In this document: in pieces, positions 25,126-37,140 of the stretch
Numbering within the stretch: the stretch's first letter is position 1
Layout of the letters: each line of letters opens with the position of its first letter
Source of the DNA: Octopus sinensis
Taxonomy: Eukaryota
Reading direction: 5' to 3'
Length of the DNA: 64,000 nucleotides
NCBI RefSeq assembly: GCF_006345805.1
Contig: NC_043006.1
Coordinates: 38,502,001-38,566,000 of the forward strand
Program-made: the position numbers and the translations under genes
Notes under the pieces: model-generated
The model's database searches: none
What the model saw: only the letters and a program-made list of their open reading frames with translations
Told to the model about the DNA's origin: nothing

Positions 25126-28100
25126 GATTTTGAAAATTAAAGGTGTCTATTTACTTCCTGCATGTTTGTGTATATGCCACAGAAACTGCCAAACCAACTC
25201 TAATGCACCTATGGCTCAGGAAGGACCTTTGATCCTCCAGACACAACAAAGCCCTTTACCAGTGCAATCCTCTTCCTGGCATACTGTATTTAATTCCATT
25301 TATTTCCAGTTTTTCACTCACCTCATTTGTACACTGTCTTTTACAAATACTAACATTACACAACCAGTTCAGCAGGTTTGCTTCATCTCTTTTTAGTCTT
25401 CACAAATTCTAATAATTTCCTTTCTAACTGTATTTGAGAAGAGAGACCATTAGTTTTATTTTGTTGTTGTTGTTTTTAATGACTCAGTCAAAGCAGGAAG
25501 GCTGCAGTCTTGACCTTTTTCAGGAGCTTCCAAAAATTGTAGAAGGTGAAGAGGGAGACTGGAACCCAGCCCAAATGTTAGCAAAAGGGTAAAGGAAACC
25601 AAGGAGCAGGTGAAATATTGAAAGCGATAAAGATGATGAAGATGACGACCATCTCCTCTTCCTCCTCCTCCTCCACATCGTTGTCATCGTAGTTGTCGTC
25701 GTCTCTACCACCACCACTGCCACCATTTAACGTCCACTTTTCCCTGCTTGCATGGGTCAGACAGAATTTGTTGAGGCAGATTTTTCTACAGTCAGATGCC
25801 CTTCCTGTCACCGGCCCTTCCCTGTTTCCAAATAAAGTAATATTTAATATTTTCTCTTGGCTGGCCTGACTTGTTTTGGAAGACTGGGAAAGCACAACCT
25901 CGCTTGTATGATGCTGGTGCTTAATCACAACTATCACCTGATGTTTCAACATCAATGCAGAGCACAAGAAAAAAGATTGTACAAATGCAGAATGGCAGCT
26001 GAATAAAGAATTGCTGATTGCTCCAAGTGGGAGCAATCTGTAGAAGGCTGACCCCTAGGAAGATGTAGGACAAAGTACTGAGGACTGATTTTAAGATGTT
26101 GAATCTCACAAAGGAGATGGCAAAGGACTGTGACAAGAGGCAACATGCAATGTTAGAAAAGGCCCGCCCTCTCATCCATGAAGAGTTGATGAACATACTG
26201 CTAAAATATACACACTTATATCACAAGCATGTGCACAAACACTCACACATGCACACTCATATGTACACACATATGCACACACATGCATGTGCACATGCAC
26301 ACACATGCATATATGCAATTCACACACATACATATCGCAAGTGTGCACACACTCATATGCATACATTCACACACATACATATTACAAGTGTGAACATGCA
26401 CACATATGCACACACACATCACTAGCGTGCACAAACACAGACACGCACACACTCACATGCACATATGCATACACATACATATTTCAAGTGTGCACATATA
26501 CACACATGCATACATATGCACATGCACACACTAACATACACACACACATACATATCACAAGTGTACACAAACAAATGCACACACACATAAATGCAATGGA
26601 CATCTTTCATTTTGAGTTTACCAAATCCTTTCACAAAACTTTTGTCGGCCTTAGGCCATAGAAGAAGACACATACCCAAGGTGTCACACAGTGGGACTGA
26701 ACCCAAAGCAACATGGCTGGGAAGTAAACTTCACCACAAAGCCATGCCTACACATAGTGATGATGATGAAGATGATGATGATAAGACTGATGTTGTTTAA
26801 CCCAGGTCAGATCTGATGAAGCAGACTCAGCTGTTACCACCTCGACTCTTTGTTTAACAGGGACTAGATTGTTCGATGTTCCCTTCTATTTTTAAGATAG
26901 CAGGTTAGATTTGAGGAAAACTTAGCAGCTATTTCCAGCTAGCCGAGCAGCCACAGGGAAGCATTTATATATGCTTAGCTTTAGTGATATTGGTTGTGTG
27001 TAGTAGCAGGGGTGGTGGTGAGGATGAAGACAAAGAAAAAAAAAGGACATTTACATAACCCTCCATCCCCAGCACCTACTCACCACCCATTTTCTTCTCC
27101 ACGAAACCACATGATATCTCCCATGATTCCACTAAAGCATCCTAGTCACAGCAGCTCATTCTCACACACTCTTCTCACTCAGAATTCCAAACCGAAGCTG
27201 GATTCTAAGGAGATTATAAACCAATAAATAAACAAATGAATACAAATATAAAAAAAAGAAAAAAAAACCCATTGATTTTTATCACAAGTCTGCAACAATG
27301 ACCTTTGCTGACCTTTGATGACTAACCTTGGCTAACCTGTATCCAGCATACTGAATTGTTGGTTCATAATAATGGTTAAGCCCATAGAATTGAAATCTCT
27401 AAGCTACCATCAGAATCAGCAACACTAACAACTTCATCACTTCCTGCCACCACCACCACCACCACCACCACCACCACCACCACTACCACCTGCATTGCTA
27501 TCACCAACGCCGCCACCGCCAACATCACCATCACTTCTTACACTCTTACACAACTACCACGACTGCACTCAGATAATGGCACCACCGTTCTGATGATGGT
27601 TTCAATGTCTCTTGGTTTGAAATAATATCCTTTGTTAGTATTCCTGCTTGTCTGTCACATGCATAATTCTTCAGTTGCTAAGATTACAATTGATAACTCT
27701 TGTGTTTACCAGATTAGTGCAAATGGCAATGCTAAAGCAAAATAGCCAAGTGGATATACTGGTACAACCAACCACCCACAATACCATCCACGCTCACTAG
27801 ATGACAAACAACCAAATTAAGATGAAATAAAACAAGAATTTCATTCTGATACACACTGTAGCCATTAATTAAACACCTACACATTGTTATGCTTTTTTTT
27901 AAAATTTTTACTTTTTTATTTGCCTCAATCATTAGGCTGTGGTCATGCTGGGGCACTGTCTTGCAGAGTTTTTAGTTGGACAAATTGACCCCCAGCTCTT
28001 TTTGTCCTTTTTAAGCCCGGTACTTGTTCTATTATTTTCTTTTGTCAAACCACTATATCATGGGGATGTAAACAAACCAGCACTGGTTCTCAAGCAGTGG

Positions 28101-29085
28101 TGGGGAACAAACACCTACACAAAACATACACACATCATCATCAAATGATGATGATGATATATATATATCAACTGGCTCCCATACTGGTGGCATGTAACAA
28201 GCACTTTCTGAATGTGGTCGAAGCCAGTGACCCACAACTGGATCCTGTGCCAGTGGCACATAAAAAGCAACATTCAAATGTGGTCGATGCCAGTGCTGCC
28301 TGACTGGATCTTGTGCTGGTGGCACATAAAAAGCACCTGCTACACTCATGGAGTGGTTGGCATTAGGAAGGGCATCCAGCTGTAGAAACCTTGCTAGATC
28401 AGATTGGAGCCTGGTGCAGCCTCCTGGCTTGGCAGTCTTCAGTCAAACCGTCCAACCCATGCCAGCATGGAAAACAGACGTTAAATGATGATGATGATAT
28501 ATATAAAACAGGTTTGTTTCAGTTTCTGTCTACCAGATCCATTTACAAGGCTTTGGTCAGCCTGAGGCTATAGTTGAAGACACTTGTCCAAGGTGTCATG
28601 CAGTGTGACTGAACCTATAACTATGTGGTTGAGAAGCAAGTTTCTTACCACACAGTTATATCTGCACCTAATTATTACATCTATAATTTATCTAAACTGC
28701 ATTATTTTTTCCTGCAACTCAAGTTGTATGCAACTGTTATCTACAAACAGGAACTGTACACAATTCGCTTTTACATCTATTGTAGTGGTTTAATTGTTAT
28801 GCCTATGGCTATCATTTGAATCAGTTCCATTGCATATATAACCAATTTAAATGCTGAAAAAAACATGTTTTTTACATGAAGATTGCAGTGGCATGAAGAT
28901 GAGAAAGAAAAAAAATAATCTGCTTTATATCTGCAATGTACTCTATGCCATTTGCTGAGCACTCTCTTCCTCTTTCATTAACAAACATTTGAATAAAAAT
29001 GCTAAAATGGAAGTTTTACTGCTACATTACAACTGCTATGATTGTTATCTACATTATTTAGATAAAAAACAAATCAGTTTTTTGT

Positions 29086-29661
29086 TTAACCTTTTTGATA
29101 TGAACCCACTTGAAACCGCCTCTGGCTTTGTGGTACAAATAATGTCTTGTTTTCAAAAGTTTTGAATTAAAATCTTCCACCAAACCTTAGTCACAATTTA
29201 TGTTCCTAACATCAACTTAATGATAACTAAGTTATTTTGCTCTCTTACTCTTTACTCTTTTACTTGTTTCAGTCATTTGACTGTGGCCATGCTGGAGCAC
29301 CGCCTTTAGTTGAACAAATCGACTCCAGTACTTATTCTTTGTAAGCCTAATACTTATTCTATCGGTCTCTTTTGCTGAACCACTATGTTACGGGGACATA
29401 AACACACCAGCATTGGTTGTCAAGCAATGTTGGGGGTGCGGGGGACAAACACAGACACACAAACATATACACACACATACATATATATAATATAATATAT
29501 ATATATATATATATATGTATATTATATTAAATTAGAGATACATTTTTTACATGAAGAATCCTAAAATATCTCTAATTTAATATAATATATATATTTATAC
29601 TATAAAATTAGATTTAATCCTAAATCTAAGTTTTCCCTGTAAGTTTGGATTTACTCCCTAA

Positions 29662-29712
<51 letters not shown>

Positions 29713-29955
29713 TATATATACAACGGGCTTCTTTCAGTTTCTGTCTACCAAATCCAGTCACAAGGCTTTGGTCGGCCTGAGGCTAGAGTAGAAGACACTT
29801 GCCCAAAATGCCACGCAGTGGGACTGAACCTGGAACCATATGGTTGGTAAGCAAGCTACTTACCACACAGCTACTCCTAAAGTCTTTGCTATACTTAAAA
29901 TTAATTGAAAGAAACACAGAGCATCTCAACAGAAATATGGTAACAAAAAGGTTAA
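29086..29955. mobile_element. piggyBac-like TTAA MITE (second family) split by a SINE insertion
   Basis: Ends TTAACCTTTTTG and CAAAAAGGTTAA; the two halves match the adjacent uninterrupted copy. Confidence 0.7.
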
Positions 29956-29971
29956 AATATATAATAGATTC

Positions 29972-30190
29972 TTAGCCCTTTTGATACAAACCCGCCTAAA
30001 ACCACTTCTGGTTCGGTAGAACAAATGTTTTGTTTTCTTAAGTTTTGAATTAAAATCTTCCACCAAAAATAGTCACAATTTATGTTCCTAACACTAGCTG
30101 AATGATAACTAAGTTATTTTACTAAATTCTTTGTTATATTTAAAATTAATTGAAAGAATCTCAACAGAAATATGGTCACAAAAGGGTTAA
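29972..30190. mobile_element. piggyBac-like TTAA MITE, uninterrupted copy
   Basis: Ends TTAGCCCTTTTG and CAAAAGGGTTAA. A third, inverted copy lies at 54477-54704. Confidence 0.75.
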
Positions 30191-30561
30191 ATGTCATCTT
30201 TTTATGCCAGAATAAGAAAATAACATTGCAAAAGATATTGGTCAGTCATACTGGTTTCAAATTCTGGCACAAGGTCAGCAATTTTGAGGGAGGAAGTAAG
30301 TCAGTTATATAAACCCCAGCATGCAACTGGTATTCATTTTAGCAATTGTAAAAGAATGAAAGGCAAAGTGGACCTTGGTGGAATTTGAACCCAGAATGTA
30401 AAACCACTAAGCATTTTGTCTGGTGTACTAACAGTTCTGCCAATTGGTTACCTTGATTCTGGTTGATTAAAATCAGAATGAAAAAATATAAAAAATGAAA
30501 AATATAAAATGGAAATAGTAAAAAAAAACAAAACAAGTCTTAGAAGAATTATTTTGCCTAC

Positions 30562-30799
30562 CTGATAATAGCAGGACCTGTTCCAAGGTCAAAACGGAAT
30601 TCAAGATGACCACCACTCATGGCTAGCATAAGGAAGTCTCCTTTACGGTCTAAGGTGTAACCGTTGTAAAGAATTAGACCATCTAACGAGGTTGGTTTGA
30701 CAATCATTTCAACTTCAGTGAAGGACAGTGTACTTCGGTCAAGACCATGATATTTCAGGAAGGAATGACCATTGAAACTGGGAACATGCAAAGTTGACT
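30562..30799 (-). CDS. EGFLAM: Internal exon (238 bp, phase 1-2): N-terminal half of a laminin-G domain, pikachurin/EGFLAM-like
   Basis: Acceptor ttgcAG (30801-30800) and donor ag|GTAGGC (30561). Translation (K)STLHVPSFNGHSFLKYHGLDRSTLSFTEVEMIVKPTSLDGLILYNGYTLDRKGDFLMLAMSGGHLEFRFDLGTGPAII(R) has LamG hallmarks (DGLILY, GDF, LEFRFDLG.G). Phases join the neighbouring exons in frame. Confidence 0.9.
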
Positions 30800-31236
30800 C
30801 TGCAATTGAAGAAAAACAACACCACAATAATATAACAATGGTTTAAAGATTGTAATTGGTGTTCAGATAATTTGAGTAAATAATGGTTGCTGTTGGTTGG
30901 GAATAAAATAAAATTAATTCAAGAGTTGGAGAAGACAGAAATAACTAATGTATATGGTTGGTAGTGCTGCATGTCTATCGCATGTGAATTGCATGCTGAA
31001 AATTTTTCTGTTATGATAAATGCAAATTGCATATCTTTACATAATCGCTGCATTTATACTCCCTTGGTATTCCTTAAACAGTATAAAATGATTTAATTTA
31101 TTAATCGCAATACAGTCTTTACGTAATCAAGAAATACCTTAAGAAAATCCATAAAGAAATAAGAAATAAACTTTGGATACACATTATTTACCTTAGTTAT
31201 ATATGACAGATATTTGTCCTCATCATGTTTGTTGTT

Positions 31237-31282
31237 AACACAATGTTTCGGCTGACATACTCTCCAGCCTTCATCAGGTGTC
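31237..31282 (-). ncRNA. Minimal type I hammerhead ribozyme-like motif
   Basis: GACAC-CUGAUGA-A-GGCUG[10 nt]CAGCC-GAAA-CA-UU-GUGUU: stems I and II and the core are intact; stem III has a C-A mismatch (probable CpG decay of ACGU). Confidence 0.6.
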
Positions 31283-31330
31283 TTGGGGGAAATTTCAAAC
31301 CTGAGTTCTCATTCCTAAGGTATTTTTCGA

Positions 31331-31364
<34 letters not shown>

Positions 31365-31439
31365 GTTATTATTATTATTGTTGTTGTTGTTGTTTTTAAT
31401 AATATCAAAAAATACCTTAAGAATGAGAAATTTCCCCAG

Positions 31440-31485
31440 GACACCTGAAGGAGGCTGGAGAGTATATCAGCTGAAACGTTGTGTT
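31440..31485 (+). ncRNA. Minimal type I hammerhead ribozyme-like motif (inverted partner copy)
   Basis: GACAC-CUGAAGG-A-GGCUG[10 nt]CAGCU-GAAA-CG-UU-GUGUU: palindromic ACGU stem III intact; core A9 changed to G. Confidence 0.55.
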
Positions 31486-32542
31486 GACAACAAACAAGAT
31501 GAGGACAAATATCCGTCAAATGTAAATAATGTACATAATTACTCATCTCTCAAATATTGAACTGTAAACTTTGGATATGTTTTAGTTTTAGCAGACCAGC
31601 ACACTGAGGCACAGATGTCACTGTTCTTGTCAAAATAATGATGAAAAAATCTCAAAGCAGACATACAATATTGTATATGAAATGTGAAAATACAACATAT
31701 TTCAGATTAAAAAAAAAATTTATTAGATTGGGTATATCTTCTCTGAGGAGTTGACAACAAATTGTAAAAAAGCCTGCCAGGAAACTCCCTCTTCATTGTA
31801 TGTTTCACATTGAAAGTTTTAACATAAATGTTTTAGGGGCAAGTGTGGTTTTGCAGTAAGAAGCCTGCTTCCTAACCACATGGTTCATTCCCTCTGCATG
31901 GCACCTTGGGCAAGTGTCTTCTACTATAGCCTCAAGCCAACCAAAGCCTTGTGAATCGATTTTGAAGGCGGAAACTGAAAGAAGCTAATCATATATTTAT
32001 TTATATATGTATATATATATCTTTGTGAGTGTATCCTTGTATTTGTCCCTGCCCCCACCTCCACTTAACAACTGGTGTTGGTGTGTTTACATATCTGTAA
32101 CTTAACGGTTCAGCAAAAGATATCGATAGAATAAATACCAGGCTTAAAAAAAAAAAATGAATGTACAGGGGTTGATTCCTTCACTTTGAATTCTTCAAGG
32201 CAGAGCCCTAGCATGGTCACAGCCTAATGACTGAAACAAGTAAAAGATAAAAGATATTGTGGTTTGTCTCCACTTGTTCATTTCCATCCTCTCTTTCTAA
32301 ACTGTGAGTAACTCCTTTGGAATATTAAGAATATAGCACTGAGAGTCACCAGAGTCTTCTATGAGAGGCAAAGTGTTAAGGTGGGGGCACCAAAAGTGTT
32401 TTTGCTTCTGGATGCTTAGAACAAACCCTTACTATACCACAACACAAGATGAAGGACAAAGTAGGTGTTGGTGACAGGGCATGATAGTTGATTACCCTTT
32501 TTATTAAAAATAAATATTACCCTGGGTTTTATATTACATAGT

Positions 32543-33942
32543 TTAACCTTTTAGCATTCAGATTACTCTTTGAAATATAATGCTTATTTGTATTATCTTA
32601 GACTAATCATGCTTTAGGACATCTGTGATGTGGTCAGTCATTTTAGAATGACATTATAGGGTAAGTGTGAAAAGCCAAATCTGATCAGTTTGAACATCAA
32701 ACTTGTAGAATATTTAGATTAGAAGTGCTTTGTAAAAAAGCACTGGTAATGGTAAAAAGTATTTATGATGGTGCCACATAAAAAGCACTGGTGATGGTTC
32801 CACATAAAAAGCATTGCTGCTGGAGCCACATAAAAAGCACTGGTGATGGTGCCACATAAAAAGCACTGGTGATGGTGCCATGTAAAAAGCACTGGTGATG
32901 GTGCCACATAAAAAGCACTGGTGATGGTGCCATGTAAAAAGTACTGGTGCTGGAACCACATAAAAAGTACTGGTGATGGTGCCACATAAAAAGCACTGGT
33001 GATGGTGCCCCATGTAAAAAGCACTGGTGATGGTGCCACATAAAAAGTACTGGTGATGGTGCCACATAAAAAGCACTGGTGATGGTGCCATGTAAAAAGC
33101 ACTGGTGATGGTGCCATGTAAAAAGTACTGGTGCTGGAACCACATAAAAAGTACTGGTGATGGTGCCACATAAAAAGCACTGGTGATGGTGCCATGTAAA
33201 AAGTACTGGTGCTGGAACCACATAAAAAGTACTGGTGATGGTGCCACATTAAAAGCACTGGTGATGGTGCCATGTAAAAAGTACTGGTGCTGGAACCACA
33301 TAAAAAGTACTGGTGATGGTGCCACATAAAAAGCACTGGTGATGGTGCCATGTAAAAAGCACTGGTGATGGTGCCATGTAAAAAGCACTGGTGATGGAAC
33401 CACATAAAAAGTACTGGTGATTGTTGCACATAAAAAAGCACTGGTGATGGTGCCATGTAAAAAGCACTGGTGCTGGAACCACATAAAAAGCACTGGTGAT
33501 GGTGCCACATACAAAGCACTGGTGATGGTGCCATGTAAAAAGTACTGGTGCTGGAACCACATAAAAAGTACTGGTGATGGTGCCACATAAAAAGCACTGG
33601 TGATGGTGCCATGTAAAAAGTACTGGTGCTGGAACCACATAAAAAGTACTGGTGATGGTGCCACATTAAAAGCACTGGTGATGGTGCCATGTAAAAAGTA
33701 CTGGTGATGGTGCCACATAAAAAGCACTGGTGATGGTGCCATGTAAAAAGTACTGGTGCTGGAACCACATAAAAAGTACTGGTGATGGTGCCTCATAAAA
33801 ACCATCCAGTAGACTCTGTAAAGTGGTTGGCCTTAGGAAGGACATCCAGCTGTAGTAACCAAGCTAAAGAAGACTATGGAACTTAGTTTGCTAGCTCCTG
33901 TTGAACTACCCAACCCTTGTCAACACGGAAAATGCAAGTTAA

Positions 33943-33977
<35 letters not shown>

Positions 33978-34000
33978 CAGTTTAAATGCTGAAAGGTTAA
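32543..34000. mobile_element. piggyBac-like (TTAA-flanked) MITE hosting the RTE 3' end and minisatellite
   Basis: Inverted ends TTAACCTTTTAGCATT and AATGCTGAAAGGTTAA. An opposite-orientation copy of the family starts near 63815. Confidence 0.7.
32731..33800. repeat. 26-bp minisatellite, about 40 units, with a 78-bp three-variant higher-order repeat
   Basis: Units TGGTGATGGTGCCACATAAAAAGCAC / TGGTGATGGTGCCATGTAAAAAGTAC / TGGTGCTGGAACCACATAAAAAGTAC often recur as A-B-C. Directly followed by the RTE 3' UTR remainder and (GAT)n tail. Confidence 0.95.
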
Positions 34001-35750
34001 ATGCACTAAAACTAGTTTTTTTCCTGAATTTGCTCTGCTGAAATTGGGGTGCACTTAATGTGTCTGTGTGTCTTTTAGGCCATCAAATATGATATATGAA
34101 CTTCCTTCAACCAATTTTTGACTGCTACTTATCTGATTAATCTTGGAGACATTTCAAAACCAAATCTGGCCCAATAGGATATTTAAGCATAAAATATAAA
34201 TGGAAAGAACTAGACACATGAAGACACCTTGTCTGGCATTCTTGCCATTTTTGCCACTTCACAGCCTTTGGAGAATAATTAGAATGGCAACAACAACATT
34301 AGCAACATTATCAGTGGGAAATGAAAATAAAATTAACGAACTTGAGAGACAAAAAAATAATAAAATGAAATAATAAGAACATAAGACAACAGTAATGAAG
34401 ACAAAAAAAAATGATGATACTAACAATAGCAACAACAACAAAAACATTGACAATAGGAACAGTAATTGCAAGAAGAATGTCAATAACAACAATAATAATG
34501 ATAACAGGTAACAAGAAAAGCAATAATAATAACAACCATGGCAGCAGTGGTGGCAGTGATGATGACATCATCATCAGCAGCAGCAGCGACAGTAACAACA
34601 ACAACAGCAACAACCATAGTAGCAAGGGTGAAACAAAGCCAGAGTCACAATAACACTAATGTCAATTATTACCAGAAAAATGTGGGTTACAAGACTATAT
34701 ATGTGTTTTATTCAATTATTTTTAATGAGGATGTAAGGGGTAAGGAAAGAAGAAACAAGGGAAGAACGCGGCGGGGGTGGGGGCGGGGGCAGAGAAAGAA
34801 GAAGGACAAGAAGTGAAAGAAGAAGATGTAGAGGAAATAGAATAAGACAGGAGAATACTCGTTATGGTAATTAGGATAAGAAATATGGGAACAAAATTAG
34901 ACAAAATGCAAGTCCAAGAATTTTCAATAATTGTAATAACAAAGGGTCGATGTGATTGTGTGAGGAGAGAGAGGATAAGAGCATACTGGAACTCCGTTGG
35001 TTGCTATGGTGAGGGTTTTAGCTGATCCGATTGAACAAAACAGCCTGGTCATGAAATCTATTGAAATTAATTTGCAAGTGGCTGAGTATTCCACAGACGT
35101 GTGTATCCTTAATGTAGTTCTCAGGAAGATTCAGCACGACACAGAGTGTGACAAGGCTGGCCCCTTTGAATTACAGGTACAACTCATTTTTGCCAGCTGT
35201 ATGGACTGGAGCAATGTAAAATGAAGCATCTTTATTCTGCGTATAAGCCACATGGCTCAGTGGTTAGAGCATTGGGCTCACTATCATGAGATAGTAAGTT
35301 CAATTTCCAGACCGGGCTGCATGTTGTGTCCTTGAGCAAGACACTTTATTTCATGTTAGTCTTGTTCACTCTGCTGTAGAAATGAGTTGCAACATCACTG
35401 GTGCCAAGCTGAATCAGCCTTTGCCTTTCCCTTGGATAACATTGTAGAATGGAGGCTGGCATGCATGGGCAACTGCTGGTCTTCCATAAACAACCTTGCC
35501 CAGACTTGTGCTTCAGAGGGTAATTTTCGAGGTGCAATCCCATGGTCATTCGTGACCGAAGGGGTTGTTATCCTTTATATAAATTTTTTTCCCGTAATGA
35601 GATAAAAAACCAAGGCTATGTAGATTTTAGGACATTTATAAATAGCAGGGTCTTACAGCTGTTCCTAGGATTTTTATTATATCCCTTCATCGGAGACGGT
35701 GTGAAAAGATGGTTTAGCAATAGTTAATTTAGGTAAGATAAAAAGAATTT

Positions 35751-36284
35751 TATATACACACACTGATATATGACCTATGTTGGACCTCTTATTCACATAA
35801 TCCCCGAACCTGGAACTTAACTAAGGTCTATCCATAGCACTTATTCAGCATTACTTGACACCTTTGAGTCTCATTGACAACTGATGTTGGTGTGTTTACA
35901 TCCCCGTAACTTAGCGGTTCAGCAAAAGTGACTGATAGAATAAATACTAGGTTTATAAAGAAGTCCAGGGATCAAGCTGTTCAACTAAAGGCAGTGCTCC
36001 AGCATGGTCGCAGTGAAATGACCAAAACAAGAAAATATATATACATATATACACAGGTGAGCACATAAATGCGAAACAAGGTTGGAAAAATAGTACTTGA
36101 ATACCAAAGGCAGAGTAATATGCTTTCTTTAAAACTGCAGAATTATAACAAAACAGTTATTTAGAGTTTCATGTTCCCATTCATCAGACAGTTGTGATAA
36201 ATGGTTCTTCACAACTGTCCGACAAATGGGAATGTGAAACTCTGCACAACAGTTTTGTGAAGATTTTGCAGTTTTAATAAAAGT

Positions 36285-36318
<34 letters not shown>

Positions 36319-37140
36319 TGAGTTCTTTCAAGTGTTGGGCCTCATGGAGGCAATGACTGAGACCTTTGGCATTATGTCATGCTTGAGAAGAAAACCCATC
36401 TAGCTGAGCAAAATTGCAATTGTGGCAGATACTGGAGTCACACAATTGGCACCCATGCCAGTGGCATGTGAAAGCATCCCATTGTTATGCAAACGGCACC
36501 TGTGCTAGTGGCACATGAAACCACCTATTACACTCTCAGAGTAGTTGGCATTAGGAAAAGCATCCAGTCATAGAAAACCAAATACAACTGGAGTCTGTGT
36601 GCCAGTCCCCAGTCAAACCATTCAGCCCATGTCACAAAACTGTTGTGCAGAGTTTCACATTCCCATTTGCCGGACAGTTGTGAAGAACCATTTATCACAA
36701 CTGTCTGATGAATGGGAACATGAAACTCTAACTAACTGTTTTGTTATAATTTTGCAGTTTTAAAGAAAGCATTTTAATCTCTGCCTTTGGTAATCGAGTA
36801 CCTTGTTTTGCACTTATGTGCTCACCTGTGTATATATGTATATATATTCTCTGATTTGTTTCGGTCATTTCACTGCGACCATGCTGGAGCACCATCTTTT
36901 GTCGAATAGCTTGACCCCAGGACTTCTTCTTTATAAGCCTAATATTTATTCTATCAGTCACTTTTGCTGAACCACTAAGTTACGGGGATGTAAACACACC
37001 AACATCAGTTGTCAGTGAGACTCAAAGGTGTCAAGTAATGCTGAATAAGTACTATGGATAGACCTTAGCTAAGTTCCAGGTTCGGAGATTATGCGAATAA
37101 GAGGTCCAACATGGGTTATATATCAGCGTGTGAATATATA
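35751..37140. repeat. ~510-bp inverted duplication (35751-36260 / 36632-37140) with a 371-bp spacer
   Basis: By-eye reverse-complement alignment is continuous across unique DNA, a SINE tail and the hammerhead-bearing repeat; identity is roughly 90%. Confidence 0.92.
36699..36740 (+). ncRNA. Hammerhead-like motif, second family (canonical CUGAUGA core, decayed stems I and III); mirror copy at 36153-36193 (-)
   Basis: AACUGU-CUGAUGA-AUG GGAA CAU-GAAA-CUCUAAC-UA-ACUGUU. A further decayed palindromic copy lies at about 9731-9822. Confidence 0.45.

Larger units (their letters stand above)
31180..31564. mobile_element. Fold-back element with ~120-bp inverted arms around an (ATT)n core and a 13-bp TSD; Penelope pLTR-like
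   Basis: Arms at about 31205-31335 and 31397-31517. Direct repeat TAAACTTTGGATA at 31167-31179 and 31565-31577. Confidence 0.8.

Noticed and set aside
25310-25440. Consensus minus-strand donor GAG|GTGAGT near 25322 as an extra EGFLAM exon
   Set aside because: The upstream frames contain stops, there is no LamG/EGF similarity, and the 30562 and 11117 exons already join in frame.
32731-33800. CRISPR-like array
   Set aside because: Units are contiguous with no unique spacers, there are no cas genes, and the context is eukaryotic.
32714-33805. 363-aa, 349-aa and shorter minus-strand ORFs (His/Cys/Phe-rich repeats)
   Set aside because: They are translations of a 26-bp non-triplet minisatellite that lacks stops on that strand; open in all three frames, with no splice context.
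34768-34790. G-rich run GCGGCGGGGGTGGGGGCGGGGGC as a G-quadruplex element
   Set aside because: Only three long G tracts in a low-complexity purine-rich region; there is no context suggesting function.
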